From positions 780,001 to 812,000 of the forward strand of contig CBDCNV010000002.1 in assembly GCA_965219535.1 (NCBI GenBank): a stretch of DNA of 32,000 nt. The letters run 5' to 3'. Shown one piece after another: positions 8,668 through 17,298 of the stretch. Positions within the stretch are counted from its first letter, which is position 1; each line of letters opens with the position of its first letter. Under the pieces are notes generated by a model, which did no database searches, was not told where the DNA came from, and saw nothing but the letters and a program-made list of their open reading frames with translations. The position numbers and the translations under genes were made by a program. The stretch is from Opitutales bacterium (GTDB taxonomy: Bacteria > Verrucomicrobiota > Verrucomicrobiia > Opitutales > PNEW01).

Positions 8668-8722
8668 AAAAAAGAGATAACCGAATTGGTTTCGATTCTC
8701 TTGGACTGATTCGAATTCCAAT

Positions 8723-10279
8723 TCAGCTGCCCGCGAGGGCGAGAAGCTTTTCTGTTTGGGGGACATCGCGGATAATTTGAGAGGGGTCGGGCCCGACGCC
8801 GATATAACGCAGGTTGGGAAGTGTTTTTAGGCGTTTGCCATCACGGTAAGCGACATCGACAATACCTTTCATGAGGACAGCGATATAACGCCGCGCATTA
8901 TCGGGAAGGTCTTCGAAGTTTCTTACTGCAGAAATATCTTCTTCCCAACCGGGAAGCTGAACATAGACGGGTTGAAGTAGACGGCGTTGAGCGTCGTCGC
9001 GGGGCATTTGATAATACAGTTTACCCTCTGCATCGCGGTATGCGGTACAAATAAGCAGCTCTCCGCCTTGCCATTGTCCACTGTATCTGAGCGCATCGAG
9101 TTTATTTATCATCAAGTCCTGATAACCACCGTACCGCAGGGCTTCTCCTTTTTCCACGGTGTCACACCAACCGACCATGCGTTGTCTACCGGTGGACGTA
9201 CCAAACTCCAATGCTTTCAGTTTTACTGCCAGCGGGTGCTCATCGGGAAATTGAGTAAGAAAGACATGGGTCCCGACTTTTGTGTCGTAGGCTTTACAAA
9301 CACCGATCGTGTGAAGGGGTTGCAGAGGGATGCCCGCCGATTGGAAAAATTCGGGGGTGAAAGTGTGAGAAGCGGTAACATTGGGGGGAAACCCGTGGCG
9401 CTTGTCCAACCAGTAAGATTGACCGAATTCCCCAATGATGAACCGATCATTATTTAACTCACGGAGAACGGTTTCACGAACATCACCGATGTTGTTCTTG
9501 AAAGTCAAACCGGTTTCCCAATAGGCATCGATAATGGCGTCGTTATCGAGGGTGAAAGGTGAGGGCCCCATAAATCTGTGGAAATTAAATTCATCTTTGT
9601 TGAAAATATTCGCCTCAAGACTACTGGCGTTAGCCCGCGTTTCGGCATCGGTAAGAACATCAAAAAAACTGTTCCAATTTTCAGGGCTGACCTGGCAGAC
9701 ATGCTGTATCGTGAGAAGCACACGATTAATGCGTTGTATCAGTTTTTGCGCGAAAGCGTCTTTACTGCCCTTAAAATCACAGTAATAGATCTGTCTTTGA
9801 CCCACTTCATCGCTGAATGCGGGAGTAATACCACGCCCGGTGGATCCGCGCGGTTCCTCATGCAGTACATTAGCCCGATAGTCCTCCCAGGCAAGGTCAA
9901 GTAAGCGATGGCTGAGATCGCTGACCTGGGTACGTTCATCGATTAACAATCGAGCCAGGATATTATAACCCTGTTTTTCAAGGGGAGTAATTTCCCACTT
10001 AAATTTTCGCGGATCGGCTACTACACCACTCCCGATAGCTAAACAGGGTACATCGGCATTAATAACTGCTGCGGGCAGAAGATTTAATTTCAGGCCGCCC
10101 GCGGTGTGGCCGGAATTGGCCCCACCGTTTACTTTCATCACCGCACCGACACCATTGCTACCCCCGTTGGCCTGGCGCAGCTCATCGATAACTTCGCATA
10201 TGAGTCTACCTTTACCCTCATCGCCCATGCTGATTCCAACATCGGCAATTATTCTACTCATAAAAGGTAAGAGAGCCAT
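8723..10279 (-). CDS. purA: Adenylosuccinate synthase homologue, unusually long and divergent (518 aa)
   Basis: All AdSS signature blocks are present in order:
- GDEGKGR, versus GDEGKGK
- GGANSGHT, versus GGHNAGHT
- [15 protein letters not shown], versus GTTGRGIGPAYEDKV
- [10 protein letters not shown], versus FEGAQGTLLD
- CKAYDTKVG
- [15 protein letters not shown], versus FGATTGRRRRTGWLD
- INKLDAL
- LPGW

There are about 80 extra residues, mainly between the GRGI and GQS blocks. Confidence 0.8.
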
Positions 10280-10496
10280 GGGTCCCTAATAATACAGAGT
10301 TATAGTTCGCAGAAGGCTGTGCACTTGACACAAAAGGTTAAAGTTTGCCCTTTGAAAAATAGTTTGCAATGCAAAAGCAAGAAGAGCGCATTTTTTTTTA
10401 ATTCTCACACTATAAGAGATTAAAATCGTTATCGGATTGAAGTGTCTGGGGTGATTAGATAATGATTTCAGCTGTTCGCTTAATAAATAGAAAAGT

Positions 10497-10904
10497 ATGA
10501 GATTAACTTTATTCATAGTCATAGTTTCACTCTGTCTGTTCGGTTGCTCGACCACGATGCAATTAGTGGAATTTAAAAGCGGAGAAGTAGCCGAAGCGTT
10601 CATTGACGCTAATAAGGGTGAGATCCGCGTTTATTTACCTGATGGGGAAATATTGAAAGGACCCTATAGCACAATAACCAACCCCCGTTTCAGCATCGGC
10701 GCAGGAGTAGGTGGGTATGGGGGGACTCGCGTCTACCCTTCAGTGAGTCTCGATCCAGGGTCAAAGCTCTATGCACTACTCTCAAGTCAGGATGCTTCAT
10801 CAACCTTAGTGATGGAAATTATCGCCGATCAAAGCAAATTTACAGGAAAAGGTCGAGGTGAAGCACGGACGAACGACGGTCGAGTTTTTAAAATTGTTTT
10901 ATGA
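10497..10904 (+). CDS. Small lipoprotein of unknown function (135 aa)
   Basis: MRLTLFIVIVSLCLFGCSTT is a signal peptide with a lipobox (LFG|C). The ORF starts with ATG. Confidence 0.65.
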   Translation: MRLTLFIVIVSLCLFGCSTTMQLVEFKSGEVAEAFIDANKGEIRVYLPDGEILKGPYSTITNPRFSIGAGVGGYGGTRVYPSVSLDPGSKLYALLSSQDASSTLVMEIIADQSKFTGKGRGEARTNDGRVFKIVL

Positions 10905-11388
10905 TTTATGATCGGTTCGGGTTCTGGCGTGATCACTTAAACCGGCAGTATTTATTTCCCGTATCGTCTCTGCGAAAAAATAATTTTCGAAACCGTACCG
11001 GAAAGAAATGCTGCTTACCTAATTAAGATTATACAATATTCCCCTCGAGAACGCGGTGATTTTAATATTTTTCGGATTGTATTAATTGTGCTATGATTTT
11101 ATTGCTTATTTAATTATTCTTTACCCTTTGAAGGTACTCTTTAGAGTCAGTTTACCCCACGCTTACCCCTAATTTTATAAAGCAGACCCAGGCTTTTATC
11201 ATCATATTCAACCGCGCGGCCGTCGATCAGGTTTAATAAAACGAGAAAAATACCGTATTTTACCTGAGAGGGATTGATAACATCCTATCAGGTCGTTTCA
11301 GGAGTAGTTGGGTTATAAGGCATAATCCCCAATATTATTAAAGGTATATACCCTAATAAATATATATAAATACCTTAAAAATTCGGAT

Positions 11389-11910
11389 TTGCTCTGGACA
11401 GCAGCAATATTTTGGTCTATTCTTAATAATTCCGTGAAAGGCATAGGAATAGAATATCATAGAGAAAATAAGTCAGGAGATAGAGCGCATAAAAAAAGGG
11501 GTTACTCACTCGTCGAATTGATGATCGGGACGACATTGCTGACGGTTGTTTTAGCAGGAACCTTCAGCGCATTGGGGCAAGCCCTGTTTCTCTCAGAAAA
11601 AGTGCAGCATTCCAATTTTGTCACCGAGTTGCTGCAAAGCGAATTGAATGAAGTAAATAACTATAACTGGGATAGGATAGTTGCGCTTCCGGCGAGTGAA
11701 AGTTTTGATCCAGCAAAATATTTTTCAGAAATTCCGCTAAAGAATTACACCTGCACGCGCACGGTTGTAAATCACCCGACCTACAGTAATATGAAGGAGA
11801 TTCGATTGAATGTCACCTGGGATGATATACGGGGAAAGTCGTACAGTCGTGAACTGGTAAGTTATTATTCAAAAGGTGGGATGAACGATTACTATTATGA
11901 AGCGCTTTAA
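11389..11910 (+). CDS. Prepilin-type N-terminal domain protein (minor pseudopilin, GspI/PilV-like)
   Basis: KKRG|YSLVELMIGTTLLTVVLAG is a class III signal (G / aromatic, Glu at +5, hydrophobic helix). There is no ATG anywhere upstream of the cleavage motif. The track start is TTG 11389, and GTG 11434 is an alternative, so the start is uncertain. The C-terminus, RLNVTWDDIRGKSYSRELVSYYSKGG, is typical of small minor pilins. Confidence 0.7.
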   Translation: MLWTAAIFWSILNNSVKGIGIEYHRENKSGDRAHKKRGYSLVELMIGTTLLTVVLAGTFSALGQALFLSEKVQHSNFVTELLQSELNEVNNYNWDRIVALPASESFDPAKYFSEIPLKNYTCTRTVVNHPTYSNMKEIRLNVTWDDIRGKSYSRELVSYYSKGGMNDYYYEAL

Positions 11911-12460
11911 TCAGAGTAAAAGAGAAAGCGGCTTCAGCCTTATTGAGGTAACGATTGTCTTATTCTTAAGTGCGATTGTATTGACCGCGCTTACATCATC
12001 TTTGATCACGATTATGAAAGGTTCCTACAGCCTGAATAATTACTCTGATATGGTCGCGAGCGCGAAAAAGGGGCGTTACCAATTTACCGAGGATGTGGGA
12101 CAATCATCCGAGATTATGTACAGCGATTCAACCAATTTTATCATCTGGAAACCTTTGAGTATAACAGCTTATCAATACCCTTACAATTTGTCCTATTGGA
12201 CTAAAATAGAATACGAATATGATTCGGTCGCCAAGACATTGGTTCGCACTCAAAATGATAGTATAGTAACGACCCTGATGCGGGGGGTAGAGGCTTTATC
12301 TTTCTCCTATTATACACAAGTAGGGAATGCCACGGTGAAGAGAATCGATACAAAAAAAATTCAAATGGACGCAACGCTTGAGCGCGTAAACGGCTTGGAG
12401 AGTAATACCTATGAAATTTCGACACGTTGTTCGATGCGTAACCTGAGTATTGGTAACTGA
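11897..12460 (+). CDS. Prepilin-type N-terminal domain protein (minor pseudopilin, GspJ/PilW-like)
   Basis: MKRFNQSKRESG|FSLIEVTIVLFLSAIVLTAL. The ATG start overlaps the upstream gene by 14 nt. The stop TGA overlaps the next ATG (TGATG at 12458-12462). Confidence 0.8.
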   Translation: MKRFNQSKRESGFSLIEVTIVLFLSAIVLTALTSSLITIMKGSYSLNNYSDMVASAKKGRYQFTEDVGQSSEIMYSDSTNFIIWKPLSITAYQYPYNLSYWTKIEYEYDSVAKTLVRTQNDSIVTTLMRGVEALSFSYYTQVGNATVKRIDTKKIQMDATLERVNGLESNTYEISTRCSMRNLSIGN

Positions 12461-13749
12461 TGAGGACAAAAAAAAGGATCCGTTCTTATCATCTCGTTGA
12501 TGATTGCGAGCATTTTCGGATTCATTGTCGCCAGCTATTTGCGTTCCACGATGCAGGAGTTAAAAATCGCTCAAGGCAACTTTAACCAAAAGAGCCTTGC
12601 CAATATAACGCGCACCGGTGCAGAGATTGCCCTGAGAGCCCTTAACGAAGACGATTGGACAGGGTGGTTTGATTCGTCACCTTGGATGATAGAATCTTTA
12701 TATAACTTGGATATGGGCAATGGCAATACGGCGACAATGTATATTTACGTTTTGGATCAATCACCGCTCCAGCCGCGAATTTACAGTATCATCTATTATT
12801 ATTTAGTCAGTGGGGAAATGTTAACGAAAAATTTTTACTCCGATTTAAGACAGCGTTCGATCTTTCCGAATGGGATCACGACTCATGATGATATCATATT
12901 TGACGATCCCGGGGTGCCGACAACAGTGAATGTCGACAGCTATACTTCAGATCTGGGAGTGAATCTTGGAATTTACGATCCGTTTTTTAACCGCAGTGAT
13001 CGAGGGACCCTGGTGGGAGCAAAAATACGCACCTTGGATTTGTCTAAAGGAGTAGTCTATGGCTACGTCTCGAGCCATGGGGAGTCCTCTCTAGCGATGG
13101 GAGAAAATGGTAAAGTATACGGTGTGAGTACTCCACCTGCGATCGATATAGATGATAGTCGGGTTGCCGATGGATTTGAACCGAGCTTTCCGGATGTGCC
13201 GGTCCCGGCCGGGGTGACAAGTGTCTACACTTTTCCCGGCGGTAGTGACACCTTACCGGGAGCGGGAGCGAGTGAGCGATTGGTGACGGGAGACCTGTTT
13301 ATCGATGATGGAGAAACCTTAACGATCACCGATGACATGATCATTGTAGTGCAAGACGACGTACATATCGATGGTACGCTGAAGGTCGCCGATGGCAAGC
13401 AATTGAAACTGTATATAGCGGATGATCTCACTCTGCATCAAGACGGTAAAATTGAGAATTTTTCGACAGCGATTGGTAGTCTTGGTGATCCGGGAAACCT
13501 GATCATTTCATCGACCGATACAGGATCTTTAAATCCGTATTATAAAATCGGCGGTATTGCTGATCTCTATGCAGCGGTTTATGCGCGCGAGCGAGCGTGG
13601 AAATGGAGGCGGGGGGGGAGATGTTTGGGGCGATTGTCGCGAATGAAGTGATCTTCTTAGGGAACCATGATTTTCATTATGATGAAGACCTCAAAAATGA
13701 AGTCGGTGATAATCCCACCTACACCTCAGACTACTCGCGAAATTATTGA
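12460..13749 (+). pseudogene. PilX/GspK-like large minor pseudopilin, reading frame broken twice (largest intact piece is ORF 12497..13651)
   Basis: The ATG at 12460, coupled as TGATG to the upstream gene, opens MRTKK and then hits an A8 tract (12468-12475). One A fewer would give MRTKKGSVLIISLMIASIFGFIVASYLRSTMQELKIAQGN, a PilX-N-like signal anchor. Near 13583-13597 (gcgcgcgagcgagcg) the conserved C-terminus ASVEMEAGGEMFGAIVANEVIFLGNHDFHYDEDL...* continues in the -1 frame to the stop at 13747-13749. The annotated frame instead ends in the basic junk peptide RERAWKWRRGGRCLGRLSRMK*. Confidence 0.6.
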
Positions 13750-13775
13750 GGTATAAGACCGGAACTCTTAATAGC

Positions 13776-13805
13776 TTGACGCTATAAAAAATTGCCAAAT
13801 ACAAT
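13776..13805 (+). promoter_or_regulatory. Candidate sigma70-type promoter upstream of the 13846 gene
   Basis: TTGACG (13776-13781), 18 nt, then TACAAT (13800-13805), 40 nt upstream of the ATG. This is a pattern match only. Confidence 0.3.
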
Positions 13806-13845
13806 CGAAAGTAGCTAAATGCAATGTTGATAGTAGCTTAAAGCA

Positions 13846-14448
13846 ATGAACCCCATAAATTCCCTCGCCCAAAGAGCTAATCAATTAATAGGTGAAGAGC
13901 TCGTTCGACGTAAGCTTGCCAACGAAGAGATGATAGAGCAAGCGCAGCCGTTATTGGAAAAATACCTGGAAGAGGATGACATTAAACGCGCCTGCCTTTT
14001 AAAAATATTAATCTGGGATCTCGAACTTATCGAGGAAAAGAATGTATTGGACTACAACATTGAGGAATTTCATTTAGGCTATTGTAATACTACTAATTAC
14101 AAGATTGATCGTGAGGCCTTGCCTGATTTTAAACTCAATGAGTGCTGGGCGACGATGAGTATCCCCGTTGACTTTAACTCCGGTGTGTTTTTTGTCGCGT
14201 CTTGTAATTACCTGAGCTCAGCAGTGATGGAGCACTGGGAGATGCGGTTGACCCCAAAAATTTTCTGGTATCTTACGGACCTGACAACTTTGACCCGTAC
14301 ATTAGAAGATTTGGAAAAGGAAGAAAATAAAGAAAGTGAAAAAGAAGATGAGAAAGAACCGGTAAAGAAAGATGAGACAAAGGGAAAAGAGAAAAAAGCG
14401 GTAAAAGGAAAAAAAGAGAAAAAAGAAAAAGTTAAAGCAAAAAAATAA
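13846..14448 (+). CDS. Stand-alone GspE/PilB N-terminal-domain-like protein with a Lys/Glu-rich C-terminal tail (200 aa)
   Basis: Residues 1-155 run parallel to the N-terminal domain of the downstream ATPase. Compare [21 protein letters not shown] with [23 protein letters not shown], and [26 protein letters not shown] with [26 protein letters not shown]. The last ~45 aa are [44 protein letters not shown]. The stop lies 2 nt before the ATPase ATG. Confidence 0.75.
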
Positions 14449-14450
14449 TC

Positions 14451-16217
14451 ATGTTAGCGCGGACACAACTAATTCTCGTTGAAACCTTAAGAGATTATGG
14501 AAGTTTGGATGATGCACAAGCTTCGGAGCTCATTGAGTCAACAGGTCTGACTGGTGCAGCCGTGGAAAAGATATTAGTCGATAATTATACGGTCGAGGCT
14601 TACCCCCTGCTCATGGCGAAAGCGAAAGCCTATAATATCTCACCTATCAACCTGGCGAATTTTAATGTCACTGATCAATGTTACACTTTTCTCGATCTCG
14701 ATTTTTGCAGTCAGAATAATGTATTGCCTCTTGGTGAAGCGGGAAGCTACTTCGCGATTGCCACAGCTGATCCGCTCAACCCGGCAATAAAAGCCAAGAT
14801 AGAAGGGGCGACAAAGAAACCTTTTTATTTTCTCATCGCCCTGGCGGAGGATATTGAAAGCAAGTTCGGGCTGAGTAGTGAACCCAAGATGGATGCCAAA
14901 GTCGGTTTCGGTGATGTGGTTGATGCCTTGGGAATGGAGTTTGACATAGATAGAGATGAAATTGAAGAAAGTGATCTTGAAAGCGAAGAGTCAGCTCCGG
15001 TAATTCTCCTGACAAACCGCATTATCGAAGACGCCTATTTTTCCGGTGGAAGTGATATCCATATAGAACCATTTGAAAAAGAAACGCGTATTCGGGTGCG
15101 CATAGATGGGGTCTGTAAAGAGAGACTAACGGTTCCCAAAACGATTGCCGCGTCCCTCATCGCCCGATTAAAAGTGATGTCAAACCTAGACGTCGCGGAG
15201 CGAAGACGCTCCCAGGACGGTCGAATTGTCTTTAAAAATTTCAACCGTAAGGGCATCGATGTTGATCTTCGCCTCTCCACCTGTCCCATGAATCATGGCG
15301 AAGGCTGTGTCATGCGAGTGCTCGATAAACAGAAATCAACATTACCGCTGGAGGATCTGGGTTTTGCCGAAGAAAACCTCGCAGTATATAGAAATAATAT
15401 ACAGCGGCCTTACGGTATGATCCTCCACTGTGGACCCACCGGTTCGGGTAAGTCGATGACCCTCTATTCCGCCCTTAATGAAATCAATCAGCCCGGGGTT
15501 TGTGTCAGGACGGCTGAGGACCCCATTGAGTATACCCTGCCCGGTATTTGTCAGGTCCAGATGAATCGCAGGATCGGGGTCACGTTTGCGACCTCGCTTC
15601 GATCATTTCTCAGGCAGGATCCCGATATCTTACTCGTCGGGGAAATTCGCGATGCGGAAACAGCACAAATCGCGGTCGAGGCCGCAATGACCGGTCACTT
15701 GCTTTTTAGCACTTTACACACCAATGACGCACCCAGTTCAATTGCCCGCTTAACGGAAATTGGGGTCGAACCCTTTATGATCTCCTCTTCACTTATTTGC
15801 GTCTGTGCACAGCGCCTCATGCGCCGCCTATGTGAATCTTGTAAACAGACCTATAACCCTGAGGGTGAAGAAAAAGATATATTAGAACGATCGATCAATT
15901 GGAGCGGTGATATATATCATGCTAAAGATAAGGGATGTCCTAACTGTGGAGGGTCAGGTTACCGTGGTCGATTGGGAATCCACGAATTAATGTCCACGAA
16001 TGAAGAACTGGTGCGTGGGATAAATATGAAAATAGAAACCAGTCAACTAAAAGGGATCGCAATAAGGCATGGGATGACCACCTTGCATCAAGATGGGATG
16101 GAAAAAGTAAGAAAAGGAGCAACCTCAATAGAGGAGTGCATAGCGACTGTTCCGCCAGATCTCGAAGACATTGGTTTACTCATGGAGCAGGAAGCGCTTC
16201 AAGTAAAGGAAGCTTAA
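14451..16217 (+). CDS. Type II secretion / type IV pilus assembly ATPase (GspE/PilB family)
   Basis: Walker A GPTGSGKS, Asp-box region, Walker [10 protein letters not shown], His box [12 protein letters not shown], a tetracysteine CESC...[12 protein letters not shown], and an N-terminal T2SSE_N-like domain. Confidence 0.95.
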
Positions 16218-16292
16218 CGCATTGCGGTAAAGCTTTCGAAAGAGCCCTCGATAGTCAGCAGGGCAGGGGCAGTAAACGTACAACCTGCTTCT

Positions 16293-17084
16293 TTAACTCT
16301 CGCCTAACATCATCTGATTGCGCAACCAGTTGATAAATAAATCCGGCCACATATGAGCATTGCCCTCTTTGAGACCCAGGCCAAAACCATGACCGCCCTT
16401 GGCAAAGATATGCAATTCGGCTGATACGCCTACCGCACGTAAAGCCTGGAAATAATCAACACTGATATTCACAGGACCAGCGGTATCGTCATTCGCGTGG
16501 ACGATAAAAGTAGGGGGCATATCGGGTGTCACTTTAGATTTATCATTTCCATAAATGAGACACATAAAATCAGGTCTGCTCGAATACTGATCAATGGGAT
16601 CATCGCTATTAGATTCCTTATCGTCCAAGAGTGCGGACGCGATATGCCCACCGGCAGAAAATCCCATGAAACCCATTCGATGAGGATCTATGTTCCACTC
16701 TTCCGCTCGACTTCTCACTAAACTCATTGCCCGTCGCCCATCCTGAAAGGCAACGGATCGCTTATGGGGGGATGTGCGATAAGCGAGAACAAAAGCAGTC
16801 ATGCCGTGGGCCGCCAGCCACTTTGCAATCTCGTGCCCCTCTTTATCAATAGCCAGATAATTAAAGCCACCGCCAGGGCATACGATAACGGCTGTCCCAG
16901 TGTTAATTTTATCAGAGGGTAAATAAAGGGTCAACGCAGGCTCAGAAACGTTATGTATAGCCCGGTCAAGTTTTGTTTCGCTTCGATGAACGATCTCTTC
17001 TTTTTTTCCACTCTCAATCGTCCCCGGGGTGCTTTCGGGCCATAAAGGTATTATTTGTGGTTCAATCTCTGTGACTGTGCTCAT
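16293..17084 (-). CDS. Alpha/beta hydrolase (esterase/lipase-type)
   Basis: Oxyanion-hole region VIVCPGGGF, nucleophile elbow GFSAGGH, and C-terminal GGHGF. Confidence 0.85.
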   Translation of the reverse strand: MSTVTEIEPQIIPLWPESTPGTIESGKKEEIVHRSETKLDRAIHNVSEPALTLYLPSDKINTGTAVIVCPGGGFNYLAIDKEGHEIAKWLAAHGMTAFVLAYRTSPHKRSVAFQDGRRAMSLVRSRAEEWNIDPHRMGFMGFSAGGHIASALLDDKESNSDDPIDQYSSRPDFMCLIYGNDKSKVTPDMPPTFIVHANDDTAGPVNISVDYFQALRAVGVSAELHIFAKGGHGFGLGLKEGNAHMWPDLFINWLRNQMMLGES

Positions 17085-17298
17085 TATAATATAATCCTTA
17101 GAAAATAACTATTTCAGGTAATACGATGCAATTGTAAGAGCAGATAATAATTTAAAAACATTAGGTTTTCCGATGAATAATGAGTCAACAGTTATTCTAA
17201 AAGTTACAATCTAAATAACGTATGCAGCTATTTAACAGGAATACTTTTGTTGCTTTACTGATCCATGGCTTAAACTAGAATCTGAATACCGTTCTATT

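Noticed and set aside
10286-10603. 105-aa minus-strand ORF spanning the purA-like / lipoprotein spacer
   Set aside because: It covers an AT-rich promoter region and runs antisense to the lipoprotein signal peptide. It has no motifs and implausible composition.
12460-12588. 42-aa ORF from ATG 12460 as an independent small gene
   Set aside because: The peptide after the A8 tract (RIRSYHLVDDCEHFRIHCRQ…) is not protein-like. The +1 frame gives a textbook pilin-type hydrophobic anchor continuous with the long ORF, so I read this as a frameshifted N-terminus.
13611-13618. G8 tract as the site of the second frame break in the PilX-like gene
   Set aside because: The family-like sequence (ASVEMEAGGEMFG) is already in the -1 frame upstream of the G8 run. 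The shift must therefore lie earlier, in the gcgcgcgagcgagcg repeat at about 13583-13597.
16218-16292. Terminator between the ATPase and the esterase (CTTTCGAAAG palindrome; agcagg...cctgct stem)
   Set aside because: The stems are short or have a loop of about 21 nt, and there is no convincing U-tract, so the support is too weak to list as a feature.
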